Part shown: in pieces, positions 37,311 to 53,367 of the stretch
How the letters are laid out: each line of letters starts with the position of its first letter
Position numbering within the stretch: the stretch's first letter is position 1
Source of the DNA: Priapulus caudatus
Taxonomy: Eukaryota
NCBI RefSeq assembly: GCF_000485595.1
Contig: NW_014577062.1
Coordinates: forward strand, 1,223,965-1,282,543
Direction of reading: 5' to 3'
Length of the DNA: 58,579 nt
Notes under the pieces: model-generated
The model's database searches: none
What the model was told of the DNA's origin: nothing
Seen by the model: the letters and a program-made list of their open reading frames with translations, nothing else
Made by a program: the position numbers and the translations under genes

Positions 37311-37629
37311 GTTGGGGTTCGATAAGAGAAAAGTTGTGCAGACGGCGGGTCAATCACCGGTCACCATTTTGTGCTCACCTGCGTAATACCATACCAGCAT
37401 CAAACGATTCAGCTTTTTCGATTTGCTAACGTATTTACTAACGATGTTCATGCATCATCGGTCCTTGGAAGCAGCGAAGGGTCTTCCTTCTCATAACAGA
37501 CTGACCCTCGGTGACACTACTATCTATATGCACACCAACCTATCATCATTTTAACCTCGCATTGCGGTTGTTGCCCTGTAAGGCGCTGCACATGTGCCTC
37601 CACTAAACATGTATACGACTTTCAGCCGT

Positions 37630-37830
37630 ACGACACTGGAAGCAACTGACGTTGACACTTTCAAGTCAAGGCTTCATTCCCACATGTACGCGAACCCAAT
37701 TTTAAGAAAACACCTAGTAGCATTGCACTCATATTATTATGCACATGTTTGTTCATTGGGTTTATCCCTGAACGCACTTACTACATTGTCACTATATGAC
37801 TATATCCAGTGCAGTAGACACCGACAAGTA
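37630..37830 (+). mobile_element. Possible short 3' remnant of a CR1/L2-type LINE
   Basis: LEATDVDTFKSRL resembles the extreme C-terminus of CR1/L2 ORF2; short and weak. Confidence 0.3.
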
Positions 37831-39212
37831 TGAAAACACAACATAACACTTAACATGCCAGACACTATTCTATTTGCAGGAGCTTCTCGTATACGTCGCG
37901 CTGTGATTGATCTACATGAGACATGCATATTGCGATGAACATATTCGTTTAATCCAGACAAAATCGGAATTTGAAATTCTCGTGAAATTCACCGGGGATT
38001 AAGGCGGGATGTCAGGCATTACGTCAGTAATCATTTTGTGCATGCATGAAAATCACGGATCAGTTCAGTTCATACGAAACTGCGACGCATGTGTTTACAG
38101 GTGACTTAATTCGACACAGAACCATCACATCTCGAATACTATAATAATAGGTACATTACACTATTCCTACCTACAAAGAGCTCTTTTTTATGACGTATGG
38201 TGATAAACCCGAACAGAAAGCGTGTGTCGTGTTCTCCATATATAGCCGACTAACATGACAGTTGATTTGTGTGATGTCGTCGACCTGTGAAACTAGGCTG
38301 TGCTGTGATTAACTACGCTGATTAGATTTGCGATTGAAACAACAGAGAATTGCGGCCAGATACCCTACGTTTGAGGTCACACGGCCTTTAGTAACGGCGC
38401 CATCCCAATCAGAGATCAACTTGCTGCAACACAACCAAGGCGTTCATTATAGTTCATATTTCAGATTATAACTTGCCATGGTACCCCTGTGGCATGCTAT
38501 GATGTTCCTATAATATGCAATTATACGTATATGGCCTGCTATGGCACACACATGCCCTGATATCATACTTACATGGGCTTCTATATTATTCTATAGTCGC
38601 CTAGCCTGCTCACAATATTGCGTGCTGTTGGTGTCTCGTTCATCGTCGGCCTCGCTGTGTCACCACGGGACAAAATGCGACTTAACGATGCCACTTCATA
38701 ATCTTTCCACACTATTAATAATGCGCACTGATGAATCCGATAAATCCTCAAACCGCACTGACACCGTACGTTCAACCATGTATTAGGTTATCTAGCGCAC
38801 GACGACGTGTGTGGTGCGTAAGCTGTTATTCGCGGCTTATATCGAGCCGTTGGCCGGCTTGGGGCGGTGAAATGCTTGGAATTTGAAGAGATTACGCCAA
38901 CCTAGCTCTAGAAATATAGCCCTTCGCTCCACCACAGACCTGTGCTATAGTTCTAGAGCTAACGCCAGCCACGAGGCTGAGAGCTCGCGACACAAAACGA
39001 CGTACAGCAATCGCAGCCATTTTTCGAATACGATATTACGAGAACCCTCTTCTCTCTCTACCTCTCTCTTTATATATATATATATATATATATATGTGGG
39101 GGTGGGGGTGGAAATAGAGAAAGAGAGAGGGAGAAAGAGATAAATAGAGAGAGAGAGAGGGGGAGGGAGAGAGTGAGATAGAAAGAGAGGGAGAAGTTTT
39201 TCGTATATATAT

Positions 39213-39252
39213 CAGGAGTAGATAATAGGGGATTCCCTATTATCTACTCCTG
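39213..39252. mobile_element. 40-bp palindromic micro-element / putative P-superfamily footprint 2
   Basis: caggagtagataataggg-gatt-ccctattatctactcctg, flanked by atatatat on both sides. It lies in (AT)n, so TSD length is ambiguous. Confidence 0.7.
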
Positions 39253-39447
39253 ATATATATATATATATTATAGCTAATAATATATAGCTCAACTGTAAAC
39301 GCCAATCTATTTACAGCTGTCAGATTCATTTACAGTGCAGATCCGCAGTGCGAAGAACTGTTGGATGCCTTGGCGGTTGACATATCACGGACGTCATAAG
39401 ATGTCAATGTGAAATAGATGTGATGCAGAGAGAAAGAAAGAGAGAGA

Positions 39448-39508
<61 letters not shown>

Positions 39509-39593
39509 AAGATAAAGCGTGAGCGAGCGAGGTGAGAGAGAAGGGGAGAAAGAGAAGGTAGTCAAGAGAGATAGATAAAGCACGAGAGCAAAC

Positions 39594-39632
<39 letters not shown>

Positions 39633-42226
39633 AAGAGATAAGAGAGAATGAAAAAGTATTGCCAGCGGGTTATTTACCGACGATTGGCTGAATGCCTTTG
39701 CGCCATCTTACGGCTGTGCGCTATTTCTCTCACCATGCAGGGCTAAGTGGCTAGCTCGCTGCGCCACTACGTACTCAGCAATTAAGCACGCACGCACCAC
39801 GCACGTACGTACGCATGCTCGCACATGCACACACACAGTCTAGACTACTTATTCGCTCAGTGAGCGTATTAAACTATGTGTCGCCTAATTAATAGCAATG
39901 CATGTCTTCTCATGTTGATTCGCTACCCTACCAACCGAGAGTGTTCGCTGTTATTAATAACAATATTTCAAAGTAGAAACATCAGAAATAAAGAAAAATA
40001 GTGCTGATTGGCCGTGCCAGATGACGATAATGAAGAGTTGACCAGAAAAACAACGCCATGGACAACGCGTAACAGACTGTGGTGATAATAAGCAAGAAGG
40101 CAGAAGCGATAGAAGACAGGCAGAGCAGACTGCAATTTCGCTGCAATTATTAAAGCCTATTAGGAAAAGGAAGGATAGACTAAAATCACTGCGTTCACCT
40201 TGTTCCTCGATGATATCGCGCACTTAATTATCACATGACGTCTACAAAGATATATAATTATAATAATTAATAATCAAATTACCGCATGCAGCAAATTGAG
40301 ACATCAAAAGACACGCACAATCTTGATTTAATCCTGTAGAAGTTTTAATTGTTAACAGACTACAATCTTGCAAAATAGAGCAATTTTGTTGTTATGATAT
40401 ATTTAGACCAAGAGTACATAATAGAGGAGAGTATGACACTGTATTAGCAGCGTTTTTCGTAGTTTATCTATTATGTACTTTTGATTTAGACACAACTATA
40501 AACCACTTGTTAATGAAGCGAGTCATACACAACGTCGTAGGCTCCAACAATGAAAACACCTAAGTCGGATGCGCTACATGATTTTCTTGACTCTGGTTCA
40601 ATGGCACGCACGAGTCAAGATCACATCAAGCATAGGAGGAGCGGATAGGGTAATGCGGTTGAACGTAATTAACCCCCTGGCTTTGAACCTCCCACAAATA
40701 AACCAACAATTGTTTCGATTCACGACATTTTTTTATTTGAAATTGTTTCCCGAACTCCATCTCTATCAGCCCTTGATCCTAACTATAGCCTTTATTTGTC
40801 TACTCCATCATTCAATATGAAATCTAGTGATGACGTGTGCCACTCAACTACGAATAAAAAACATTAAAATGCGTTGGAGACCCGATCCCCTATAAATGCG
40901 TGCATGACCCCGTTTACACAGTTATAAATCCGTCCCTGATCCTGGTATATGAACTATTTAGGATCGACCACGGCACTGATGGTAGAGTCAGCTGTTAGCT
41001 TCGACAGCAACGAATTGAATATTAGAGCGCTCTCCGCGTTTGCGAGATTTACTAACGAGAGGGAACAGCCGAAGCATCCAACACCGCCACACACAGACGA
41101 GAAAGCATTTGCATGCATGCACACGTGCAGACACGTTATACATATAGACGACTCGGTGGGCCTGTAGTCTGTCTCAGAGTAAAAAAAAAACGTGGCTTTC
41201 GAAATGTCGTCATTATCGATTAGGGATTAATGTTATAATTTCCACACAGCATATATTAGAATGCACATATACTTCGCTGGTGCTAACTGGATCCTGTGTA
41301 TGCGCGGCGGTCGGATTCCAATTCGATCGGATTTAGTAGGTACTCACCACCAGGCAATTCTACATCCCAGCTCATCACTCACGTAGGATTCTGAAAGTCT
41401 CAGCGACTGTGACACTAACGGGAGATCGACCTGTCAAATATGACGTAACCTATAAGATGCTAATGTACACGCATGTGCGCGCATGTGTATATATGTGCGT
41501 GCGTGTGCGTGTGTATAGGTGTGTACGTGCGTGTGCGTGTTATGGCCGAGGGTGCCTGCGTCCCGGAGTGCATGCGGATCTGTAATTACAAGGACGTGTA
41601 TTATCATCGAGTCATTATCAAGACAGGCTGAGCTGGCCAACACGGCCGATTAATTACTGAGAATTTACGTTAACTTGAGCAGGTGCACGTCTTTCTGCGA
41701 AATATAATACTACTTTATGACCGCGAAGACGTATTAATTTCTCAGCGTCGTCTAGGAAGCAGCAGAATTAATCATACCCTCCATGACTTGATAAAATTAT
41801 TCTAGAACGGAAAATCCGCAAGCTAGCCCGCGAGCGACAGGTGATGTGATCGATTTGCCGACAACGCTGGCGCCGTCTAGTGGCACAGTCGAGGCGCAGA
41901 GAGCCTCGCGCATGCGCTACTAGGATACGTCAGGCGGCGGTCACGTGGGCTGAGACTCGACGACGCGGCCCTCCTCACGCGGCGGCGCCCGACTAAGCGA
42001 TGCGGCGCGTGCGGCAGCGCCTTTGTCGAACTTCTGAATAGCCACTCGCGACACCAGATAGAAGGAGAGAACGCGTGAAGGAGAGTGCGTTACAGTGGCG
42101 GGAATGAATGCGGCGCGAGGCCGCACTACTCGCGAAGCACGAGCTATTAGCAGTGATTGTGATACAGAGGGAAAAGGTGTCGTGAACACGCGTATTGCAC
42201 AGTGACTGCCCATAAAACGCTTCTGC

Positions 42227-42950
<724 letters not shown>

Positions 42951-45264
42951 GCTGCGTCGCGACTCGTGTCGGTGCTAAATCCATCGCGTTAGTACTAGCA
43001 AAAATAGGTAAATTACGCATTCTTACAGAACGTCAAAGCTTTTTGAAGATGCCAGACCGACTTCATCATATTATGCGGAAGATGTTTAAATTCGGCCAAT
43101 TTACATGCGTTGCAGATTTTCTATTCTCATTACTTGTCTTTGGCTCGTCGAAAACCCATGGATATCAAAGGCTAGCAACATCCGCTATTGGCTTCGTTAT
43201 AATACGAAATCCCTAGCAGTTAACTTGGATTCGAACAGCGTCGAGATGGTTTAACTTTTCCGCGGCAAACGCCAAGCTCTCGATCACGCAGGCCTCGCGT
43301 CATCAATCAAATCAATTTTATTAAATCAATCCTATTATCAATTTTATCAATGATGATCAATGATATTAAATCAATATTATGCGATCAGACGGTTTGTAAT
43401 CGCGTTTGTGTTTACGATCGCGTTATACGTTTGCGCGACAGCTGAGCGTCTAATTAGGCTGAGGTGATGACCACTTTGCGCTATAGCGTGATACAGACAC
43501 TCACGCTCGTAATAACGATCTTTCCAGATTCACAGTAAGACCGCCTCGTGTGATACGTGCATGGCGAACATGCTCACCTATTAACGTCTCATTCTAGTCA
43601 CACGCGCTCTAATGTTACTGGTACTCCGATACGACTCTGCGAGAAAGCCTGAATAGAAAGTGAATAGATCCTATTATCATGATTGTGTCCACTCTGGAGA
43701 GCATATATGTCGAGTGTTGGGGATTTTTACACTACTGTGTAGCGCTCGGATGAGAGGATGATGGCGGGGATTATACTAGTGAAGCCATACCACTAATAAC
43801 GACGACGGCGATTGAATGGCGATGACAAACGTGCTCATCGAGCGAGAGTTAGTTAGTAGAGGCGAACGCACGCTTGCGGCCCCGAGTACCGGCTTTGTAT
43901 CTTGATCAAGGCTAGTCGCATTCGAACTGTCTCAATAGGGCGGACGTAAAGCTAGCTGTGGTGTATTGTAGTAGCTTGTTAGTAGTTATTACTGAAAACT
44001 ACACACGATTTACACAGGCGTGTTTATAGTTCCTATTGTTCAAACATAGACATGAGATATTACCTGTGAGTATATATCTATATATCTACAGGTGTAATCT
44101 AATTATCTGCCTATACAATATACTAGAGGACAAAATTCGCACCTGGAAACAGCTATATAACTAGGGCTTTATATATAAGAAGACCTATTATATCATTTAT
44201 TTCTATTACGTACCTATATGATACGTATAGGCCTATATCCTATATAGAAGAAATAGATAACCTATAATCTCTCTCTATATAGAAGCATCTCGCATGCACG
44301 CGCATGTGCGCACGCACACTCGTCGCCGTTGCGCTCGCGACGCTGCGCCTGGATGCGAGTCAGTCAGAGTTTCGTTCTCGTGAACGATGACCATTTAGCA
44401 GAGCTGTTATATACCTCCTCTACGGATTTCACGCGAAAACAACGCGCTGGACGTAGACGCGACCCGCTTTCGGCCACCTGGTAATTGGGTTACGCGTTGA
44501 ATCGTCGGCGATTGCGATGGCCGACGCTTGTCGCGCGTCTAATTCGGTGAAACGCGCGTTGGGTTTTTCGTGAAGTGGTTGTTGGGCTGTACGCGTCTGT
44601 ATAACGCTTAACAGAGTAGCCATCGAGAGAGTTACCTTCTATACCGTGTACAGGTATTGCGGCGGGAAATCACTTCCCAACAGGCTGCCGTACATACCAA
44701 AAAAATCCCATAAATCAGCCGAGGTTTTTTCATCGAGAAATACGTATGTCACGCACTGAATTGACGATGCAAGTGACACCATATATGTAGTTAGCTAAAC
44801 AAAAATTCTTCTAATTTTTGTCTGTAAACATACTTTTCCCTGCACACACGTAAAATGGCCACTTCGTAACGCGATTTTACTTTAAATTCTACGGCTGCGA
44901 CAGAAAGACACACCAAACGAGCCACCAACACGGTCAGATGCAACAAGGATTTGTTTGAAACACATTGCAATAGTTCTAAACCTAATCCGTTGCGTTATAA
45001 ATCGTTCTAAACCTAAACCTAATTCGTTGAGAAATCATCAGAAACAAAGCGCATGCATACACAACAAGAGAATATCTTTATTTATCTGTCCCTGCGCTCA
45101 TTGGCTGATTTGCACGCCGCAATACATACACACCGTGCTAATGCGCGAGAGTGATGAAGTTTAAGCGCGGTAGTGTTGTAATTCGAACTTGTATGTATGT
45201 GCACCCGTATATGTGTATGCATGGGTGTGTGTGTGTGCGCGCGCGCGTGTGTGTGTGTGCGTGC

Positions 45265-45335
<71 letters not shown>

Positions 45336-45381
45336 GTGTGTAGTGTGTGCATGTGTGTAGTGTGTGTATGTGTGTTGTGTG

Positions 45382-45455
<74 letters not shown>

Positions 45456-45567
45456 TTGCACGTGCCTGTGCATGTACGTGCACATGGATGCGTGTGTGTG
45501 CGTGCGTGCGTACACACGCCCGCGCGTTTATGCGCGCGCGTGTGTGTGGGTGGAGGAGCGCGTGGGC

Positions 45568-45955
45568 CACAGGCACTTGGAACGTCTCAACAACAAAAAT
45601 GAATGGTAAATAAACACGAAATGTACCAAAGTCTTAATGTTTCTATACTCTATTTCGCCTATAATCACCTGTAAATGCCGGTCAAATGCTCATCTGCAAC
45701 ACACAAGTACACCGCACGCCCGCCATGTGCACAAACAACATGAATAAGAGAGTTCATCATTCATATTCATTCTCTCTTATTCATGTTGTTTGTGCACATG
45801 GCGGGCGTGCGGTGTACTTGTGTGTTGCAGATGAGCATTTGACCGGCATTTACAGGTGATTATAGGCGAAATAGAGTAGAGAAACATTAAGGCTTTGGTA
45901 CATTTCGTCTTTATTTACCATTAATTTCTTTATTGAGACGTTCCAAGTGCCTGTG
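45568..45955. mobile_element. 388-bp fully palindromic MITE with 8-bp TSD (P- or hAT-superfamily-like)
   Basis: Arms 45568-45752 and 45772-45955 are near-perfect inverses around a 19-bp spacer. Ends CACAGG...CCTGTG; gcgtgggc duplicated at 45560-45567 and 45956-45963. Confidence 0.9.
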
Positions 45956-46574
45956 GCGTGGGCGCTCGTAGGCAGATGTACCATCAATATGGAAGCTGTA
46001 TGATCATGTTAGTTGTATTCTTCGGAACACGTACCTACGTACACAAGTGCATGGCTATAGCCGGTATCCATGGGGACGCGGAATGTAGTCAAAATGTAAT
46101 TTAGTTCGTACTGGATGTATTACAGAGGACGAAGCACGCCGTCACATCTTCACATGTCGCTGCCGCCGCCACGCCGTTTCTGCTACATTTATGTCTCAAC
46201 ATGCAGTCCGGTTTAATAAAACGATTTACTTGAAGCCTTAAACGAATAAAATTAATTAAACGAAGCCTTGATGCAGCCCGCCGACTGCATCAAATAAATG
46301 CCTCTATATTGCGCGCGCATACGCTGTGTTTCCGCGTGCGTATGTGCGTATGCGTGTTTGCTTGCATGTACAACCACAGGCACTTGGGACAGAGTCAGTA
46401 AAAACTGAAAATAATATGAACGCACATTCACAAATACTACCCCTCAATTACACTTCCACTGTTGTGTCACTGTATATCAACTTGCTTTCACAAAATCTAA
46501 TGCAGAACTAGCCGCTCCCGCACTCACCGCTGCGAGGGTGCTGTGTCGCCATTATAATGATATATAGAATATAT

Positions 46575-46630
46575 CAGGAGCGTATAATGACAAATACGTC
46601 ATGTCATGTATTTGTCATTATACGCTCCTG
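46575..46630. mobile_element. 56-bp palindromic micro-element / putative P-superfamily footprint 3
   Basis: caggagcgtataatgacaaatac-gtcatgtcat-gtatttgtcattatacgctcctg; aatatat duplicated at 46568-46574 and 46631-46637. Confidence 0.75.
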
Positions 46631-46946
46631 AATATATATACTTCTATATATACTTCTATATATCCTTCTATATACTTCTATATATATCCTTCTATATACT
46701 TCTATATATATACTGCTATACTTTTTTTTACTTTCTTACTTTTCTGTACTTCTCATAGATTTTTCATGGATGGATGTAAACAATGGTAATTAACAAAATG
46801 TTTTATTTTCCAGAATTAGACCGGAGCACTGACTTCACACATTACGTCAGGATGTGAGTATTTGCCCTATGTTGATCTCAGTCGGTTCCATTGAATCAAA
46901 CGGGGATGAATTATTTATTATTGTCTTAATGCATTCTCACCCGTTT

Positions 46947-47164
<218 letters not shown>

Positions 47165-47459
47165 CTTGTTAGTACACTGACCTACACAGACATATGTCTG
47201 CCTACTCTATAAAGTTCTAACCTCTTAAAGCCAGCAGTGCGTAAGTCAACTAGCCTGCAAATTTCGCTTGGACAGTCGAATAAGAATCAGGCATGCGCGC
47301 AACACGATCACAATCTTCAGCGGTGCACAGTTATATTTATCTGTAGCATTCTCTGCTACCAGCGCTGTACATTAGATATAGTGGGGAACTCTGCGAGTTA
47401 AGTAGGAGGAACACTCACTCTGAGGCACTATGAACACTATCTACTATGAGGCAGAGCAA

Positions 47460-47835
47460 TAACGAACGAACGCACGAACGAAGGAACGCACGAACGAAAG
47501 AACGAAGGGAGAAACGCACAAACGAAAGACCGAAGGAAGGAACGCACGAACGACAGAACGAAGGAAGGAACGCACGAACGAAAGAACGAAAGAACGAACG
47601 CACGAACGAAAGAACAAAGGAAGGAACGCACGAACGAAAAACCGAAGGAAGAAACGCACGAACGAAAGAACGAAGGAAGGAACGCACAAACGAAAGAACG
47701 AAAGAAGGAACGCACGAACGAAAGACCGAAGGAAAAAACGAACGAACGACAGAACGAAAGAAGAAACGCAAAAACAAAAGAACGAAGAAAGGAACGCACA
47801 AACGAAAGAACGAAGGAAGGAACACACGAACAAAC
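47460..47835. repeat. About 28-bp purine-rich minisatellite
   Basis: aacgcacgaacgaaagaacgaaggaagg-type units. Confidence 0.85.
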
Positions 47836-47945
47836 GGAGTCGCAGTTTGAACATCGTGATAATCAGCGAGCTCGTCTGATTATTGCAGAGCTGCAAATAA
47901 ATCCTGCCCGACAGGCGACAGTTATTGCACATAATACTGGCCCGG

Positions 47946-47994
<49 letters not shown>

Positions 47995-48319
47995 CTATAT
48001 ATACTAAATATATAATATATGATATAATAGAAGCGAGAGGTAGAGAAAAGTTGTAATATCACAATATCCGGCGATTATATATAGAATTTGTGTTTGTTAA
48101 ATCAGGAGTAAAAACAGACGGACACCCATACAGATATATAAAAATAGAAGCGAATGTGTCGATATTTTTTATTTCGCGAAGCCTGAGGCAGAGACATGTT
48201 TCCGAAAGTTCGAAAAAATGCCATTATTTTGACACATTAACTTTATTCCATTTTTTATATATATTCTATTTTTAAAGCGAAATGGCAAAAAAACAAAAAC
48301 AAAACCAACACGCCTGTGT

Positions 48320-48415
<96 letters not shown>

Positions 48416-50142
48416 TGCATGTGTTTTCGCGTGTACATGTGCGCGCGCTTGTGTGTTTGGGGATATCCATTGTCGCTCTTGGTGTTGAGTAATCCATGTA
48501 CATGTTATTTTTATTTAATTACAGACGATTGACTTTTATGTCAAAATGCGAACAAAACTGAAAACCACACTGTTCCGTGCCAACCATTTCGCAGGCGCGC
48601 ATGCATGCACTCACGCGTACGCCAACAAAGTCATTATACCTCGGCGATGAGAAATGATCTATGTGTATAGCGACTTTGATGTTGCACTGTGGTTTCTTAA
48701 CACTCGGATTCCGACGTTTCTTGCCATACATCCACGCACAATTCATATAGCGACGTCTGGTAGTAAAGCACCGGCACACATCACAGTCCGTGGCACCGCA
48801 CCCGCATGTACTATTACATATAATCAACCACGCGATTGCACGCTCATTGCCCCGCTTACCATTATTTACGCAAGCCCGCTTGCTTCACACACACGCGCGC
48901 ACAAACAAACAGGCGCACGCACACGCACAGAAACGCATATGCACGCGCACGCGCACGCATGCATGCACGAACATAAACACGCACGCACCGCTTTCTCTCT
49001 CTCTCTCTCTTCCGAGTTATGCAGTTTGGATTAAACCAGAAGCGTAGCTTTCCGAAAATGACTTACTATACGGAAACCTTACGGCTTCACGCCAGACTAA
49101 CGTTCCGCTGTTTATACTGTTCGATATACGCACGGAGATGACAATACTCTGCAATACTCAACAATCTATCTACGATAGGACTTCTATTGTACAGATTCCC
49201 GTACAGAATTGGTTCGGGTGTGTCCCCTCCCAAACACGCGCTTTATAACACGGACCCATCTGTTAGACCGGTGAGTAAACATTTAAAACATGAAGATAGT
49301 ATTGCGTTTCAATGTAACCGTATCGCGCTACAACACAACCGTATTCTACAGGAGGCATTCAGCAATACCACCTTCACGCGTGGACGAAGCAGTTCCCCAC
49401 CCACCTGCAACACACACATGCATGCTGCGTGCATTAGCATGGAGTCCGGGGTAGCTTACACGGGGGCTGGAACGAGGCCGTGTCTGCTGACGGAATAAAC
49501 AAGAGCACGTCTGTGACGCCTCGCAATTCGATACGTAATCCGACGTCAGAGCCGAGCCGCGCCATTAGATGCCGCCAAACAGAAATTGCGCTAAATGATG
49601 ATAATAACGATAGCCCTCGTCGTAATTATGAGGTGAGAACTAACGGCGATATATATATATATATTTCTCGTGTGACTCTATAATGCGCTTTTGCGCGAGA
49701 GGCGAAGCAGAGCGTGCATGAGCGGTCACGACGCGAGCATTATGGTAGGTTTACCGAGGAAACACGCACACATTCATTGTTAATATAAAAGTGATAACAG
49801 TAACAAATTCTGAGTAAAATGTTGAAAGTAATTATGGAAAACTGTTAAAAGCATGAAATGAGCGCTTACTTGAATCCGAGGCTTGGGTTTAAAAACAGTG
49901 AGGAAGAACTCGTGTATAGTGGATGGCATGCGGCTTAGTTGATGTCCGCTGACCAACGATTAAAATTATTGTCATTTTTTGGTCAACGAAAGCTGGGTGT
50001 AAGAAGAGTTGCTATGATGTCGTTCGCTATACGAGTATTGTTTGCGCAGTCTGCGTCAGTGAGAAGCAATACTCCTATGCGAAAATCTTTCGTAAATTCG
50101 CCGATATTCAAACAAGCGGAAAAAATTGCTTTGTTACCATTA

Positions 50143-50173
<31 letters not shown>

Positions 50174-50456
50174 ATATAGTGAGTGTACGAGAACATCATC
50201 TAGGACAAAGTAAAAATTTAATGCTCAGCTAATGCCAGTTATACGAACTTGCGACTCCAAAAAGTGAGGCGACTTGAGGTCCTTGACATAAAATCAGTGA
50301 GCGATGTTAAAACTTACTCGCACGGAAGCAGACACAGCTAGGGTAATAAGAGAGTTAATGACGACACACACTCTATTCCCCCCTATCGACTCTCGCGATA
50401 TCCGCCCTCCCTTCTACTCTCTCTCTCTCGCTCTCTATTTCGATCTCTTGCGCGCG

Positions 50457-50527
<71 letters not shown>

Positions 50528-50596
50528 GTCTCTTCTTGTCCTCTCTGTGTGTGCGGCGCGCGGCGCGTGTGGTGTGTGTGTGTGTGNNNNNNNNNN

Positions 50597-50661
<65 letters not shown>

Positions 50662-51312
50662 CCCGTTGCGCAATCATGCGTGTACGCGAGTCGCGAGATC
50701 ACTGTGTGAGTGGATGTCCGGATGCGTAGCCTGGAGGCTAGGCGACCGGTTCCGGACGCGTAGCCACTGCGTATTCGAAAATGCATCTTTACACCTTGAA
50801 CACATAACCTTCGGTCTATAGGACCTTCGGTCTATAGATGTTGATATACAGTAGAGGCCGTCCATAGGCTGCAGGCCTGAATAAGCATCGAACAGATATT
50901 AATTAAAAATACTCACACTGTTACTGCACTTACAAAACATACACTTTATTCATGTTAAATAACTACAGATTCATGCTCTATGCTCCCCTCGAAACTTTTG
51001 CCAGCTCTATGATGCGAATTTCTACAAAGTTGTCTGACTACATTTCATACACCAAAACCACCAACCGGTCGCTCTGACTACGCCACCTGACGGAATCTCA
51101 CGAATACAAAACAAAAATAATTTTACTTCTAATGCTTTCTCCACGTCTACGAGGCATCCAACTTGCGTGCATAATGCTAATTATTGCACTCTATAGTGCC
51201 GAATTTCAGCGAAAAAAAATGCCAAAAAAGGCCTTTTCTAGAGGGCTGTAACCGCATTACCAGAGTGTTTGTGCAGAGGGTAGCAGGTGTGCGATTTTCT
51301 GTCGGCTAACTA

Positions 51313-51773
51313 AGCTGGGTTTACAGTATCAAATTTCTGTTACAGAGTTGCCGAGTTGATCAACTTTTCACACTAATAGACCGAAAGTCGGCAGTGTAAA
51401 CGTAAAAGTTGAGCGATTAGATTAGTTGATAGTTTTTCCTGATTGTTTATTTAGTTGATATCAACTAGTTGAGTGATTAGAATTATTTTCTCAACATTTG
51501 GTCAGCGAGCCGCTAATAGCAATCAGGAGGTGTGTCCCTCCACCCAGGGAGAGATTATCTGAGCGCGCGTTTTTGCTATCGACGCCACACGGGCTACACC
51601 TAGCGCGAATTATTGCATGCAAAAATGCGTATCTACATCGCCCCGCGCACACACCGCGGGTGAAATGTTGAAACATTTCCAGACTCGCGGTCGATAATGT
51701 AAATTCTTTGAACATCTCAAAAAAGTTGAAACGTTTATCAACTCGTCGACTTTTCGATTGTGTAAACCCAGCT
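51313..51773. mobile_element. PIF/Harbinger-like MITE
   Basis: TIRs agctgggtttaca / tgtaaacccagct. Flanks cta and tta resemble a TWA-type 3-bp target. Confidence 0.65.
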
Positions 51774-53324
51774 TTATGGTACTTTCAGACTATAATTATT
51801 ACCTTATCACTCAACCATAGAGACTTCATTGACTTTCCCGTTGTGCACGCTGTGCTTGCGACTCAATGTTAATTGCATCATATTTGCATTATGTGACACA
51901 TATTTTGGGTTATGTCATTTTTACACACTTGCAAATAGGGTTCCAAGAAGATAAAGCGACCCGAGTCAGCCGTCTATAAATACGCAGACTGGAGTTGAAC
52001 TGAAAAAAACACATCGTGTGCATGTTTTCATCGACAGCAGCGCAACAAACTGACATGTTGTAACTCTCGCCACGAGAGTTGAGAAATTTGTCTGCCACCC
52101 GCCGACGTTACATTGCCAGGCACAATTAGCCTATATTTTCTCAAATATTCTTCCATATTTTTTCTGTAAAACCCATTTTCGCGAAACACGCTAACCGTGG
52201 AATTTAAAACGTGGAAACGGGAAATTTAAAACATGTTTTTACACCGATATGTGGGTAGTAGGCTTCGTGTGTGAATTTGTCGGCCCGACTCGGCCGCCAC
52301 ATGAATGCACACGCAGAGAGCCAACCACTCCAGCAAATAGAGCAAAACATTTATTTTTCGATAATTCTGTGCAAGCTCTTTCGTCGGGGAGATAAAAACA
52401 ACAACGTTCTGACACATACGCCAAGGATCTAATTATTTCACTTCACCACGCGCCGATTTGCTGATTTGGGAGTGTAATACATGTGAAGGCATGAGCGCAT
52501 CTATTGATTACGTCACCACGCGCTGACCGTGTCTGTGCTGGGGCGATAAAGGTGTTGGTAGTTGACTCTCGGACGAGTTCGAGAGAAGGGGAATGTATAA
52601 TATACCCTAAGAGCTTCCTAGTTATTCGTTTTTTACCTAAATGCGTGAACCGTCCAGCAGGATTAACGCTATGGTAAACATCTAACACGCATTGCATGCG
52701 CGATTTACAACACTAGGCCCTTACTACATTTTAGATACAATAATGCAATCAAACACAAGAGTGGGGTTGTGTAAAACTACTCTTTTATCGGGTTAAATTA
52801 TTGTGCCTACTGCCTTCGCACATTATACTGAAATATCGCGAGTTACTTCATACCTTATGTAACCACATGTACCACACATAACATAACTTCTGACGACGGC
52901 GTGTGTGGCAGCTAGGGAGACAGGCAACTAGGCGCTATGCTAGCATCCGTAAAGATAGCGATCACGCAGTGTAGCTAAAACGACCGAGTCATGGAAGTAG
53001 CCGTGACTGTGCACTGGTCGTGCACGCACGCAGTTTATCGCACGTAAAATCAATCGCCGTATTTAATTGTATTTACATAGCGCTTAGCATACATTATCTC
53101 ACTCTTAATTATTGAGTCGCCCAAATGCTGTATATGCCTTACACTAACCCTCATTAGCCTGCTGTTTGTGTATTTGTCTGCGCCTCGTCTCCATGCAGCC
53201 TTAGCGCGCCCCTCTCGGCTTTGATCTAGCTATCGGAAAAACTGACAGTGTATGTGTAAACTTTCGAAAGCCAATTTACTTGCTTAGACGTACACACGCG
53301 CACGTACACGCGCACGCACGCACG

Positions 53325-53367
<43 letters not shown>

